In this document: piece by piece, positions 1 through 10,032 of the stretch
Layout: each line of letters starts with the position of its first letter
Position numbering within the stretch: the stretch's first letter is position 1
Origin: Escherichia phage AV112
Strand: one strand, 5' to 3'
Length of the DNA: 64,000 bases
Sequence record: OR352942.1
Notes under the pieces: generated by a model
The model's input: only the letters and a program-made list of their open reading frames with translations
Databases searched by the model: none
What the model was told of the DNA's origin: nothing
Position numbers and translations under genes: made by a program

Positions 1-1101
1 TTCACCTGTAATAACTTTTTTGATGAAGTGTGCCCTAGCAAAAGCCAGTTTAAATGCTTTTTCAGATTCAAGGATTTTGTTGTCAATACGTTTCTGAACG
101 TAAGTCTTACGGACTTCAACAAAATCTTTGATTAAGTCCACTACGTTATCGTAGACAGCTAATTTACCCTTTTCATTAATCACTGTGATGTTTTGTGAAC
201 GACGTTCGATGAGACTAAAATCTTTCATGATTTTTTCATGACGTAGCTCTTCATCATCAGGAAGCGAGTACTCTTTACGGAACTTCACCTTAAACCCAAA
301 GCCGTGTTCACCGCAATCATCTTCCCATGAGATTAGACCTTTGTCTTCCAACGGGTCAAGAACCTTACTCACATACGTTTCACGGTCGAATTTATATGGG
401 ATTTCAGTTATCTGCATTTGAGTGCGAGATGTGAACTTATATGTTCCGTGAATCTCATAACGCCCATCAACTTCATGTACTTCACCACGGAATTCCGGAA
501 ATTCAACTTTTGGCTTAGTGACATTTTTACCTTGAAGAGCTTGTAATACAGCCTTTTTGACTGATTTAAAACTATGAGGCAGAATATTTGTTGCGTAACC
601 GGTTGCAATACCAGAGACGCCATTCAAAAGAACTGTCGGAATAATAGGAAGATAGAATTTTGGTGGAATGTGTTCTTTATCTTCATGAGCCGGAGCATAT
701 TCAGTATCTTTATATACGTTATAGAAATTTTTACTTACACGAGCAAAAATATAACGAGATGCTGCAGCTTTTTGGACTGTTCGAGAACCAAAGTTGCCTT
801 GGCCATCTAACAGTGGATAGTTGTTGTTCCATGTGTTAGCCATCAATGCACCTGCATCTTGTGCAGAAGATTCACCATGGTGATAACCTAAATCTGCAAC
901 ACCGCCTGCAATTGACGCAAGTTTATGAAATTTTTCTTTATTACCACGAGCCAAATCTAACGCACGATGAACCACAAAACGTTGAACCGGCTTAAATCCA
1001 TCAATCATGTTTGGGATTGCACGGTTTTCAACGGTGTACATCGCATATGCTAAGGCTTCGTTATCAATAATACTTTTTAGATTACGAGAATTCAATTGCA
1101 T
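1..1101 (-). CDS. 52: DNA topoisomerase II medium subunit (GyrA-like), partial; C-terminus lies beyond the window start
   Basis: Minus-strand ORF with ATG at 1099-1101; N-terminus MQLNSRNLKSIIDNEALAYAMYTVENRAIPNMIDGFKPVQR is the GyrA/ParC-type region and matches T4 gp52 as recalled. Confidence 0.9.
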   Translation of the reverse strand, partial: MQLNSRNLKSIIDNEALAYAMYTVENRAIPNMIDGFKPVQRFVVHRALDLARGNKEKFHKLASIAGGVADLGYHHGESSAQDAGALMANTWNNNYPLLDGQGNFGSRTVQKAAASRYIFARVSKNFYNVYKDTEYAPAHEDKEHIPPKFYLPIIPTVLLNGVSGIATGYATNILPHSFKSVKKAVLQALQGKNVTKPKVEFPEFRGEVHEVDGRYEIHGTYKFTSRTQMQITEIPYKFDRETYVSKVLDPLEDKGLISWEDDCGEHGFGFKVKFRKEYSLPDDEELRHEKIMKDFSLIERRSQNITVINEKGKLAVYDNVVDLIKDFVEVRKTYVQKRIDNKILESEKAFKLAFARAHFIKKVITGE

Positions 1102-1105
1102 ATTT

Positions 1106-1246
1106 TCACCATATTAATGAACGAATAACCATTATAACATCTGAAATGAAAAGCACTACTTGGATTAGCCCAAACATCACACCGTAGTACAGAACCGTAA
1201 GCAACAACAAGAGCCCGAAGGCTCCTGCTAAGATTTTCTTAATCAT
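1106..1246 (-). CDS. small hydrophobic membrane peptide (46 aa), below ORF-track cutoff
   Basis: Hand translation MIKKILAGAFGLLLLLTVLYYGVMFGLIQVVLFISDVIMVIRSLIW; ATGA-type overlap with the next small ORF. Confidence 0.3.
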   Translation of the reverse strand: MIKKILAGAFGLLLLLTVLYYGVMFGLIQVVLFISDVIMVIRSLIW

Positions 1247-1392
1247 TGCTCGCCTTTTAATACGTTAAGAAGAGCTAAGACCGCTAAGGTACCTTGTGAC
1301 ACAGCCTGTTGAAATACTGTTGTTTCGCCTGTAACTAAAGTGTTAACGAATAAAAACGACCAACACAGCAATGCAATAATCCATGCTACCAT
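1243..1392 (-). CDS. small hydrophobic membrane peptide (49 aa), below ORF-track cutoff
   Basis: Hand translation MVAWIIALLCWSFLFVNTLVTGETTVFQQAVSQGTLAVLALLNVLKGEQ; stop overlaps downstream ATG. Confidence 0.3.
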   Translation of the reverse strand: MVAWIIALLCWSFLFVNTLVTGETTVFQQAVSQGTLAVLALLNVLKGEQ

Positions 1393-1404
1393 TTTAATTA
1401 CCTC

Positions 1405-1437
1405 AAAAATAAATTAAAGGCCTAGCTTAATAGGCCC
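1405..1437 (-). terminator. rho-independent terminator-like hairpin after the ndd-like gene
   Basis: Minus strand reads GGGCCTATTAAGCTAGGCC followed by TTTAATTTATTTTT. Confidence 0.45.
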
Positions 1438-1444
1438 GTATAAA

Positions 1445-1891
1445 TTAGTAACTCTGCAGAATGAATTTGAAATTATCGGCCAGAAGACGGTTCATTTCAG
1501 TGAGTGTTTGATATTCTGATGTATGATTACGAGTGAATACCAGAGCCAATTGTCCTTTACCATAACCAGTAGTCAGGGGTTTCATGTTCTTAGCTGCAAC
1601 AAAGATTACATCGTATTCAATATTGTTAGTGCCCATAGTACGGGCTAGTTGCGAACGGCCTTGTCGAATGTGAGAAAGAATTGCATCCAACCCTTGTTTA
1701 GAACGTTGGCGTCCTACAAAGAATCGTGCTGCTACTTGTCGCCAATCAGATGAACCTTTAACAAAGAAGTAAAAACCTTCACGAGAACGAAACTCTTTAG
1801 AAACTTCAGAACCGTATTCGCCATTACGAACTACTGCAACAACTTCACCACCAACTGCCAGAAGGTCTTTACGAGTTAAATATTTGGACAT
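1445..1891 (-). CDS. ndd: Ndd-like protein (nucleoid disruption), 148 aa
   Basis: Length and C-terminal motif [38 protein letters not shown] match my recollection of T4 Ndd; position near rIIB is syntenic. Confidence 0.5.
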   Translation of the reverse strand: MSKYLTRKDLLAVGGEVVAVVRNGEYGSEVSKEFRSREGFYFFVKGSSDWRQVAARFFVGRQRSKQGLDAILSHIRQGRSQLARTMGTNNIEYDVIFVAAKNMKPLTTGYGKGQLALVFTRNHTSEYQTLTEMNRLLADNFKFILQSY

Positions 1892-1924
1892 GCTAATTTC
1901 CTCAATTAATTAATGTTTTTGTAA

Positions 1925-1964
1925 TCCATGAGAGCATTATACTCTGCTCTCAAGAGTTTGTACA
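1925..1964 (-). promoter_or_regulatory. PeSL-like early promoter/stem-loop cassette
   Basis: Minus strand TTGTAC-N18-TATAAT with 8-bp inverted repeat TGAGAGCA/TGCTCTCA flanking the -10; same 38-bp unit recurs at 47231-47268. Confidence 0.5.
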
Positions 1965-1967
1965 ATT

Positions 1968-2168
1968 TTATTCGGTTATATCAGAACGTTCAAAAAGCTC
2001 TTCAACAGTTAAACATTCGGTGTCATCCTCAATAAAGAATCGGGTCCAACACGTTGGGGCGATGCAGTTATGAGTTTGCCCGGCTATAGAAGCTACACGA
2101 ATAAGCTGCTGACCATTATTCAGGACAAATTTTTCACCAATTTCAACATCTTTAAAAAGCTTAGCCAT
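1968..2168 (-). CDS. hypothetical protein (66 aa)
   Basis: ORF between two PeSL-like cassettes; no recognisable motif. Confidence 0.4.
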   Translation of the reverse strand: MAKLFKDVEIGEKFVLNNGQQLIRVASIAGQTHNCIAPTCWTRFFIEDDTECLTVEELFERSDITE

Positions 2169-2226
2169 TTTGTATTCCTCATGTTTTGATAGGACTACTA
2201 TACCATAATCCTACCTTGATGTAAAC
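2169..2226 (-). promoter_or_regulatory. PeSL-like early promoter/stem-loop cassette
   Basis: Minus strand GTTTAC-N18-TATAGT, inverted repeat TAGGA/TCCTA, GAGG Shine-Dalgarno before the ATG. Confidence 0.5.
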
Positions 2227-2418
2227 AATTAAATTACATTAAAATATGTTAAAGCCAACCATGTTCCGGTGAACGAACATGCGATGTAAAAACCTGTATC
2301 ACAAATTGTTCTTAGTACAATAATAAGTGCATTTTTCATAAGTACCTCAATGCAATTGAAAATATTATACAAATCATAGGGATACTAAGCAACCATATTC
2401 CGATCCACATTTTAGAGC

Positions 2419-2682
2419 TCATATCTCAACTTCCGCGAGTTCCATATATCCTTTGTTGATAACCTCTTTAAGGTCTTTAGAAAGAATAACACTAAAATGG
2501 TTGTTCATATGTCCATTAACCAGACGAGTTATTTCGGCTTCAGATGACATATAAGGCACGTCTGAGTCCCAATGAGATAGACCCAAATGGGTATAAATCA
2601 TCCCTTCGTCATCTGCAGTGTTGTACATTGAAACAAATTCGCCTGTTACTTTATGTTTTGCATAGAAAAATTTAAATTTCAT
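2419..2682 (-). CDS. hypothetical protein (87 aa)
   Basis: ORF directly downstream of a PeSL-like cassette. Confidence 0.4.
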   Translation of the reverse strand: MKFKFFYAKHKVTGEFVSMYNTADDEGMIYTHLGLSHWDSDVPYMSSEAEITRLVNGHMNNHFSVILSKDLKEVINKGYMELAEVEI

Positions 2683-2738
2683 GATGTTATCCTCTTTTAG
2701 ATAGGACTACTATATCATAGTCCTACTTAGTTGTAAAC
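2683..2738 (-). promoter_or_regulatory. PeSL-like early promoter/stem-loop cassette
   Basis: Minus strand GTTTAC-N18-TATAGT; perfect 8-bp inverted repeat TAGGACTA/TAGTCCTA. Confidence 0.5.
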
Positions 2739-2750
2739 ACTTTTATGAAA

Positions 2751-3371
2751 TTAAAGTTGAAGATACCACCCGTTGTAGTTGCTCTTGCGGACGATTTTCT
2801 TTAGATCTTCATGGTCTCCCACGAACTTTATAGAATAAGAGAAGACGTCAGGTGAGGTTTCTTTGACATCTAATATAATAATGCAATCTGCGACTCGATG
2901 GTTCAAGAAAGGCCCTATATTGATTCCATTACCACCCGGATAATCACCACTGTATCCTGTGGTAACAGAAATCCATTTAGAATCTATCTGGTGTGTCTTG
3001 ACTTCTACACGAATTCCACAATACTTGGGATGGGCTAACACGTCCCATGCATACGTGTACGGGTCTTCTACGTCTTCAATACCTTTATTAACATATCCGT
3101 CTAGCCAATTTGCTACTACATACTCTGCAAAGACCGCAACCTTACAACGTCGAACTACATCTTCTTTGTTTTGGTCAGGATTTTGGCTCAGGGAATACCG
3201 AGCAGTGTCAGCAATCTTCACCTTCATTTCACTAGTCAAAAACTCATTCGACAGGATAAATGTCGGAAGATTCTTCAGTCTCAACAGTCCCAAGTTCGTC
3301 TTTACCATAGATACCTCTGATGTGTAGTTCGCCAAAATAAATGCGGTCACCTTCTTCAAGATATTCTGCAT
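2751..3371 (-). CDS. hypothetical protein; true start probably internal (ATG at 3227, about 159 aa) because the first ATG overlaps the upstream ORF by about 128 nt
   Basis: ORF-track ORF; sits where T4 has denB but I see no diagnostic motif. Confidence 0.4.
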   Translation of the reverse strand: MQNILKKVTAFILANYTSEVSMVKTNLGLLRLKNLPTFILSNEFLTSEMKVKIADTARYSLSQNPDQNKEDVVRRCKVAVFAEYVVANWLDGYVNKGIEDVEDPYTYAWDVLAHPKYCGIRVEVKTHQIDSKWISVTTGYSGDYPGGNGINIGPFLNHRVADCIIILDVKETSPDVFSYSIKFVGDHEDLKKIVRKSNYNGWYLQL

Positions 3372-3531
3372 CTACCGGTGGGATTTCAATAACAACTTCG
3401 TCGCATTCTAACCAGCCGTAGTGTGCATCACCAGGATGTTTTACCAATTTAGCGCAATAAACTGATTTACACTTATGATGACCACGAAGATTAGCAATTT
3501 TGGATTCTGATACGTCAAATGGATGAATCAT
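3244..3531 (-). CDS. hypothetical Cys/His-containing protein (about 95 aa)
   Basis: ATG at 3531 with AGGGG Shine-Dalgarno immediately after the rIIB terminator; sequence MIHPFDVSESKIANLRGHHKCKSVYCAKL. Confidence 0.4.
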   Translation of the reverse strand: MIHPFDVSESKIANLRGHHKCKSVYCAKLVKHPGDAHYGWLECDEVVIEIPPVDAEYLEEGDRIYFGELHIRGIYGKDELGTVETEESSDIYPVE

Positions 3532-3545
3532 AATTACCCCTAAAG

Positions 3546-3570
3546 AAAAAAAGGGGACCAAAGTCCCCAA
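3546..3570 (-). terminator. rho-independent terminator downstream of rIIB
   Basis: Minus strand GGGGAC-tttg-GTCCCC followed by TTTTTTT. Confidence 0.6.
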
Positions 3571-3573
3571 TTA

Positions 3574-4521
3574 TTATTCTGCAAATAATTCAGTAACGTC
3601 TGAAATTACTTCATAACGACAAGTACGCATCTTAGCATCACCATAGTCAACTGGGATGGACACAACATCACGTGGATGAACTTTAACCTTAACAACTTTA
3701 TCTGAGCTAGAACCAAAGTAACGAATATATGATTTAGCACAAACATGTAGACCACGGGAACAAGTTTGTGTATCGTCATCGTTAACACGAGTACGAGGCA
3801 TTGAAACAACTTTACCAGGCGAGTTATCAAATGTGCCGCTATAGCAATCTAAATAGTCTTTACGAACTACTTTCCATGCATAGAAATGCCCATCTTCAGT
3901 GATTTCAATATCGTTTGCAACCAAGAAGTCGAATAAACGTTGTACAGCTTTTTCGCTTGGGTTTTCTAACAGGTTTTCAAGGAATGGCAGATAGAATTTA
4001 AAGTCTTCGCCTTTTTCCATGGAATCAATAATACGGTTAACCAGTCCTGAACGAATTTCTATACCTTGATAAAATAAACTACCACCTTCAATAGTAACAT
4101 TACCGTCAACAAACTTACTAATAGCTTTCTTGATGTTAATAAGTTCGACAGCTTTACTAAGGTTTCCTGCGACCAAATTAGCTTTAATTTCTTCAAAATT
4201 TGCATGACTTGATGGGGTCGCATTGTATGCTACGCGTCCTTCAATAATTGAAATAAATTTAGATGACGCGTTCCATACGATTTCTGGACGATGACCGCCG
4301 ATAATAGGTTCATCATTTTCTGGAACTTCTTCGATTACATAAGAGGCATCGTTTGCTTCAGGGACAACGCCTTCTGCTTTAAAATTCTTAACAATCTTAC
4401 GAAGAGTATCTGTTGAAATGTCGAAGTAATCGGCAATTTCTTTACGAGTCCATTTGCCTGATTCAACCAGGCCATAAGCTTCTAACTGTTCTTCTTGGGA
4501 CAAGCATTTAATATTGTACAT
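3574..4521 (-). CDS. rIIB: rIIB protein (315 aa)
   Basis: Length and N-terminus MYNIKCL resemble T4 rIIB; immediately downstream of rIIA as in T4. Confidence 0.7.
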   Translation of the reverse strand: MYNIKCLSQEEQLEAYGLVESGKWTRKEIADYFDISTDTLRKIVKNFKAEGVVPEANDASYVIEEVPENDEPIIGGHRPEIVWNASSKFISIIEGRVAYNATPSSHANFEEIKANLVAGNLSKAVELINIKKAISKFVDGNVTIEGGSLFYQGIEIRSGLVNRIIDSMEKGEDFKFYLPFLENLLENPSEKAVQRLFDFLVANDIEITEDGHFYAWKVVRKDYLDCYSGTFDNSPGKVVSMPRTRVNDDDTQTCSRGLHVCAKSYIRYFGSSSDKVVKVKVHPRDVVSIPVDYGDAKMRTCRYEVISDVTELFAE

Positions 4522-4530
4522 AATGTTTCC

Positions 4531-6744
4531 TTATTTGGCCGCTTCCACGGCCTTCATGAATTTAACGATTTGAGCGACTTGTTCTTTAGAAAGAGTACCA
4601 CGTCGTCCCATGTAGTCTGACACAATATGATAATTGGTTTCGAATTCAATAACCATTTTATCATCATTATCGTAAGCATTATCTTTAAGCTTATCGAAAA
4701 TTTTAGCACACAATTCTAACTTCTTATTCAGTTCTGTATTAGTAGCACCTGCGAATCGATTCCATCCCCAACGATTATTTACTGTTGAGAGTTTTGCAAA
4801 ATCTTTACTGATTTCTTTGTTTTTAGAGCTAAAATACTTACTAAGGAAGTTAAGCTCTTCATTACGAGTAATATGATTCAAATAAGGCTGTGCTCTACGA
4901 CTTGGTGATACATACTCATCATAATCCACTTTATCGATTAGCGTAATATAGTCATTAATTGATTTTTCGAACAAGCATTCTACTTCACCAAGTTTACGAA
5001 CTTTCTTAGCAATCTGTGGACGAACTACAGTGAACTCTTTAATACCTGACAAATCAGCAATACGGGTCAAGAAATTGGAGTCATAGTTCAACCAACCTTT
5101 ATCTGCGTCAAGACATTCAGCATTAGAACGATTACGAACTATAGCATAACCTTGGATTTTATCAGCTTCACTCGCTGGAATAAAGAGATCTTCTGATACC
5201 CAAACATCGTTTTCATTCTTAAAGAACCGATGAGCACTTGGGGATTTAGGACGAGGCCCATTAGAACGAGTCTTGACTTCAATCCATGGCTTAACGATTT
5301 GTAAAAGCTCTGAAGTCTTGTACATGTTAATGTTGTCGCCATCAAAGATAACTTTAAGGCGTTCCAGAAGTTTCATTGCATCTTCGTCTGTAGGGTCAAC
5401 GAATAGTACGCTTTTACCAAAACCGCGTGGAACTTTACCGGTTAATTTAACCTCGTCTTTAGACATTTCAATTGAATTAAGAGCTCGCATTAATGGAACA
5501 CGTCCCTTAACGTCGTCAATAACAATTTCAACGTTTTTAATGTTAATACCAATCAGACTGTTAATTGAAATAGTTGCAGATGAGCTACCACTTTCACGAA
5601 TACGACGAAGACGAGGGTCTTCAATGATATCGTATACGACGCCGAGATTACACCATTCAGGTCCCATTTTAAAACGTTTGTACAACTCTGAATAAGTTAG
5701 TTGTTCTTTAGAGTATTTCAGTGATTCAATATTAGACCCAGCCTTTTCCATGTATTTACGAGCAGTATAGCCAAGAGAATCAATTTCACGGAACACATGA
5801 CGCGGGTATTTACAATCAATCCATTTCTTAGAATCTTCAGCGAACAATTTAGCATCGATTTCTGCAACGCGTTTATGGATATTTGCTACTGTACGTTTAT
5901 CAAATGACAATGCTTCACGAGACGGGGCTACATCTAGTTCACCCATAGGGAATTTAATATAAGCTGTAGTGCATCGCGTCATCATCCATGTTTGTTCTTT
6001 AATAACACTTCCGATTGGATATACAATACCACCATAAACAGCCATGATATTACCACGTTCACCCCATGGAGCTTCCTTGGCTAAATAAACATCGTCGAAT
6101 TCCGGGAAGTATTTGATATCTTTAACACCACGAACTTCTGCAATATCACCGAGAGGACGCATAACATATGCAATTTCAGATGCGAACTTTTCAAAATCTT
6201 CTGGGTTAACCGGTACAACTACTTCTACACCAGTACGATCATCAGGACCCATCTTATCTACGAAGGTTGGCTTAATCTGTGGACCACTGTCATCTTGATA
6301 AATTACATAACCACGAACTTCACCGTTGTGATAAGACGTAAGGTTAAACGTATCGGTATATGCTAGTGGAGCTTTAGAGCCGAGACCGAATCCACCAATG
6401 AAATCGTTACTCGATGTTTTAGTTGAAGCAAAATATGAGTTATAGATTCCTGGCTCTTCGTCATTACCTCGAATGGTGAAATCACTCATACCAGGACCAA
6501 AGTCTCGAACTACAAAACGTGGGTCTAAACGACCTGGGGCCTGAACAATAAACTTATCAGTGCAACCATTAAGAATTTGACCATCGATACAGTTTGTGAT
6601 TAATTCACGTACACAAGCCAATTCTTTGTTTGTATAAAGGTCATTAGACAAAATCTTATAAACTTTGCTATTGCCTTGAATAGTAAATGCTGTGCTCTTA
6701 CCGCCTGAACCAATAATCGTTTCTTTAGCCGTTTCAATAATCAT
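4531..6744 (-). CDS. rIIA: rIIA protein (737 aa) with N-terminal GHKL-type ATPase fold
   Basis: GHKL-like motifs ELITNCIDG, VRDFGPGM and GGFGLGSKA; size close to T4 rIIA; synteny with rIIB and 39. Confidence 0.8.
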   Translation of the reverse strand: MIIETAKETIIGSGGKSTAFTIQGNSKVYKILSNDLYTNKELACVRELITNCIDGQILNGCTDKFIVQAPGRLDPRFVVRDFGPGMSDFTIRGNDEEPGIYNSYFASTKTSSNDFIGGFGLGSKAPLAYTDTFNLTSYHNGEVRGYVIYQDDSGPQIKPTFVDKMGPDDRTGVEVVVPVNPEDFEKFASEIAYVMRPLGDIAEVRGVKDIKYFPEFDDVYLAKEAPWGERGNIMAVYGGIVYPIGSVIKEQTWMMTRCTTAYIKFPMGELDVAPSREALSFDKRTVANIHKRVAEIDAKLFAEDSKKWIDCKYPRHVFREIDSLGYTARKYMEKAGSNIESLKYSKEQLTYSELYKRFKMGPEWCNLGVVYDIIEDPRLRRIRESGSSSATISINSLIGINIKNVEIVIDDVKGRVPLMRALNSIEMSKDEVKLTGKVPRGFGKSVLFVDPTDEDAMKLLERLKVIFDGDNINMYKTSELLQIVKPWIEVKTRSNGPRPKSPSAHRFFKNENDVWVSEDLFIPASEADKIQGYAIVRNRSNAECLDADKGWLNYDSNFLTRIADLSGIKEFTVVRPQIAKKVRKLGEVECLFEKSINDYITLIDKVDYDEYVSPSRRAQPYLNHITRNEELNFLSKYFSSKNKEISKDFAKLSTVNNRWGWNRFAGATNTELNKKLELCAKIFDKLKDNAYDNDDKMVIEFETNYHIVSDYMGRRGTLSKEQVAQIVKFMKAVEAAK

Positions 6745-6756
6745 ATTTTTCTCTCA

Positions 6757-6957
6757 TCACAAGTTACGTTTAAAAATTTCTGCTACTTCAAGAAGTTCTT
6801 CTTTAGTAGCTGTATCGGTTTGTATTTTATATCGAATTTCTTTAAAGCGTTCTTTAAAGGACTCTGCTGACTCGATATCAAAAAATCTTTGGATAAGCCG
6901 GAATTCCCGGAGCACCGCTTTATCAAAAAGTTCCAAGTCCACGTTATATGTTCTCAT
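6757..6957 (-). CDS. hypothetical small protein (66 aa), rIIA.1 position
   Basis: ORF upstream of rIIA. Confidence 0.4.
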   Translation of the reverse strand: MRTYNVDLELFDKAVLREFRLIQRFFDIESAESFKERFKEIRYKIQTDTATKEELLEVAEIFKRNL

Positions 6958-7049
6958 AATATTCTCTTCAGTAGATTCCTAGGGCACTATTACTAAAGAC
7001 CATATAATCTATCATCTTATGTGTAATAGTGCCTCAGGCGATTCAGGAT

Positions 7050-8150
7050 TTACGCTGTGAAGATTTTATCCCACATCGCAACAACTGCATCTCGGTTATA
7101 CTTTTTCCATACTGCTTCAGCACGTTTAACTCGAGCTTCGTATGTGTCAGTGAATTCTAATACAGCTTTTGTGTAAAGCGCAACTACTTCTTTCTTAGGA
7201 GTAGAGGAATCAATTTCTACACGCACAGTATCTGGGTCGTATTCGAATGTCGCATGAGGATAATCCTTAAAAACTAACTGGATTACAGGGACACCTTTAG
7301 AGATGGCTTCAATAGAACTATTCTCTACTGTACCTGTGTCAGGACACGTATTAATAAGTGCTTTAGCTGTTTTAAGACGTTCCATGATTTCACTGTGTGG
7401 AGCATCAATAATAACAGGATATTTAGCTGGTGGTGCCCATTTACTAGGACAGTATCCTACACCATTTTCGCCTAGTGCTTTAATTGCTTCAAGAGCAACA
7501 TCGGTGCGGCGCATCTTAGTGTCATAACGTTGTGCACTAATAATCAGATCAGTCGCCGGAAGAACTTCAGGTTTCTCATTCAAACAAATAACCGGGTAAT
7601 CTTCGGCTTCAAACAACGGATTTGCTCGCCAATAATCATAATCAATTTTGTCAGTCAGAGCTGAAGTCATATGGCAATATTTACGTTCAAATTCACGGAA
7701 GGCTTTAGTAGGAGCATAACTCTTACCACCGTTCTTATGAATTTGAATAGTCTGGTCCCAAATTTGAACAATGCCACGAGATACCGGTTCAAATGGTGTT
7801 GCCATAAAATTCTTATGAACTTTAGAGAGACCTGCGTCTTTAATTGCCTGAACGGTTAGTTTAGTCGGTTCCATAGTAACAACAAAATCGTATTCATGGA
7901 TGCCGGCTAGTTCAACAATCTTACGAGCCATAGTATAACTCATACCTAGACTGAATTTAGTCAGATGACCAACAGGATGGTGTGTAACTTTCCAGTCACC
8001 AAACGTGTCATTATCAAAGCCGATATAATCAATATCAGCACCAATAGAAACTAAATATTTCAACACATTTAAATGTACTGCTTCAAGGCCACCTTGTACA
8101 CGGTCAGGATTAAATGGGACTGCACGAGATGGGATAAACATAACTTTCAT
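7050..8150 (-). CDS. putative GT-B glycosyltransferase (366 aa), candidate DNA sugar transferase
   Basis: N-terminus MKVMFIPSRAVPFNPDRVQGGLEAVHLNVLKYL resembles the GT4-family start; lies between rIIA and 39. Confidence 0.55.
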   Translation of the reverse strand: MKVMFIPSRAVPFNPDRVQGGLEAVHLNVLKYLVSIGADIDYIGFDNDTFGDWKVTHHPVGHLTKFSLGMSYTMARKIVELAGIHEYDFVVTMEPTKLTVQAIKDAGLSKVHKNFMATPFEPVSRGIVQIWDQTIQIHKNGGKSYAPTKAFREFERKYCHMTSALTDKIDYDYWRANPLFEAEDYPVICLNEKPEVLPATDLIISAQRYDTKMRRTDVALEAIKALGENGVGYCPSKWAPPAKYPVIIDAPHSEIMERLKTAKALINTCPDTGTVENSSIEAISKGVPVIQLVFKDYPHATFEYDPDTVRVEIDSSTPKKEVVALYTKAVLEFTDTYEARVKRAEAVWKKYNRDAVVAMWDKIFTA

Positions 8151-8192
8151 AATTAAGCCTTATTAAAATTAAAATGAAACTCCCGAAGGAGC

Positions 8193-10010
8193 TTAGGACA
8201 TCCATTCTTTACGAAGTTCTGAATCGTCACCCAACAACATTTCAAAGAGTTCTTTCCAATTTTCAGGAAGTTTAACTACGTCGTACACAGGGTTCTGAAT
8301 CATTTCACGATATTCTGACTTTTCAAGGGAGCCTAATCCCTTGATGTATCGAATACTATGCTTAGGAAGTGTATCTTTAGCTTCTTCATACTCAGCTACA
8401 GTATAAAACCATTTTTGAGTTTTGCCAATTTGTGCAATAATTACAGGCGTTTTAACAAAGCGAATACGTCCTTGTTCAAACAATTCAGGCCAATTACTAA
8501 AGAAAGCAAGCAAAGCCGGATAAATACTTCCAAGACCATCATGATCGGCATCGGTCATAATTGCAATATTACGATAGTTCGTATTCTCTGCCTTTTCACC
8601 AAGAATAAGACCTGTGATAGCACAGATATCAAAGAGCTCTTTGTTCTTCATCATATCGGCATATGACATACCCCAGCTATTCATCACCTTACCACGTAAT
8701 GGGAATCCGCCGTGTAGTTCACGGTCACGAACATCAATGAGATAACCAATTGCCGAATCACCTTCTGTTAAAAACAATGTCGTATCTGCATCTTTACCAC
8801 ATTGGTTAGCTTTAATATGCTTATGAACCTTAGCTTTAGTTGCCTTTTTAGCTGCTTTAGTTTCTGCAGCCTTTTCTGCCGCCAATTTACGAGCTAATGC
8901 TGCTTCAACAATAGGCATAATCAAGGCTTCGTTTTTAAGAAGTGCCTGAGCAATTTTCTTAGCATCTAATTGGATATGATTACGAATATCACCATACGTT
9001 GACGTTAAACGTTCTTTAGTCTGAGAATCAAAACGCATGTTGCTCATGTCTCTAATAAACATCAACATTGTGAGGCATTCTTTAACACGAGCTTTAGTGA
9101 CTTCAATACCCTTATATTTCTTTTTAATGCCAGGCAAAAGATGTTCGCAAATATCATCCATTACACATTCAACATGATGACCACCATTTTTAGTATGGAT
9201 GTTATTCACATAAGTTAAATGACGGAAGCCATCTGGTGATGTTGTGAATGCTATAGAGACTTTATCATTTTCTTGAATGATGTTATCTTCACCAAATTGT
9301 TTAGCAAATCGTTTAAAATTACCATCAACCTTTTTACCATTAAATGTGAACTTGATATCAGGATAAACGACTGCCAATGTTTGAAGACGGTCTAAAGTAA
9401 TATCTAAATAAATTTGAGATAAATTATGCTCTTCAAATGAAGAGAAATCAGGAGTGAAGATTACTTTAGTGCCTTTACCTTTAGATTTCTTAGAAGACCA
9501 TGATTTGTTTTCCATTCCGTTTGAACAGTTAACAGTGATTTCATTTTCGCCATCTGACGTGATGCCTGTAAACAACGTAGAGAAGATATTAGTTAAACTA
9601 CTCCCGACGCCGTTCATACCACCAGTCTTGCGTTCAGAGTCGTCACCAAAGTTACCGCCAGCCTTTGGAATAGTCCAGGCTGCTACAGGCCCAGGAATCT
9701 GTTCACCATTTTGGTCGGTGACCATTGCTTGAGGAATACCACGTCCGTTATCTTCCACTGAGACTTGATTATTTTTAATTTGCACATCAATTTTATTTGC
9801 AAACTTAAATGATGTACGAATAGCTTCATCAACCGAGTTGTCAATAATCTCATCGATTAATTTAACCAGACCAGGAACATATTCAACTTGTTGATATTTA
9901 CCAAACAAAAAACGCTCGTGGGCTTCTTTGGCCGAAGAACCAATATACATGCCACTACGTTTCTTAATATGTTCTACATCTGACAATACCTTAATTTCAT
10001 TTTTAATCAT
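8193..10010 (-). CDS. 39: DNA topoisomerase II large subunit (GyrB-like ATPase), unsplit 605-aa form
   Basis: GyrB-type N-terminus with motifs IDEIIDNSVDEA and EDNGRGIP plus a Toprim-like C-terminal half; no separate gene 60. Confidence 0.9.
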   Translation of the reverse strand: MIKNEIKVLSDVEHIKKRSGMYIGSSAKEAHERFLFGKYQQVEYVPGLVKLIDEIIDNSVDEAIRTSFKFANKIDVQIKNNQVSVEDNGRGIPQAMVTDQNGEQIPGPVAAWTIPKAGGNFGDDSERKTGGMNGVGSSLTNIFSTLFTGITSDGENEITVNCSNGMENKSWSSKKSKGKGTKVIFTPDFSSFEEHNLSQIYLDITLDRLQTLAVVYPDIKFTFNGKKVDGNFKRFAKQFGEDNIIQENDKVSIAFTTSPDGFRHLTYVNNIHTKNGGHHVECVMDDICEHLLPGIKKKYKGIEVTKARVKECLTMLMFIRDMSNMRFDSQTKERLTSTYGDIRNHIQLDAKKIAQALLKNEALIMPIVEAALARKLAAEKAAETKAAKKATKAKVHKHIKANQCGKDADTTLFLTEGDSAIGYLIDVRDRELHGGFPLRGKVMNSWGMSYADMMKNKELFDICAITGLILGEKAENTNYRNIAIMTDADHDGLGSIYPALLAFFSNWPELFEQGRIRFVKTPVIIAQIGKTQKWFYTVAEYEEAKDTLPKHSIRYIKGLGSLEKSEYREMIQNPVYDVVKLPENWKELFEMLLGDDSELRKEWMS

Positions 10011-10032
10011 GTTGTCTCCTCGTTATGAAGGT

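Noticed and set aside
3606-3830. Overlapping minus-strand ORFs in alternative frames (3606..3830, 5139..5345, 11654..11863, 38463..38693, 42349..42606, 49157..49381, 51067..51261, 55972..56370, 58207..58404, 58724..58930, 59462..59662, 63557..63757)
   Set aside because: They are embedded in or overlap longer ORFs with clear homology or better starts; no independent support
5273-5695. Plus-strand ORFs of 60-206 aa lying inside minus-strand genes (for example 5273..5695, 12497..12817, 14471..14818, 37723..38343, 40568..41020, 42315..42806, 47474..47920)
   Set aside because: Each lies antisense within a well-supported minus-strand gene, lacks a Shine-Dalgarno and has low-complexity composition typical of antisense frames in AT-rich DNA
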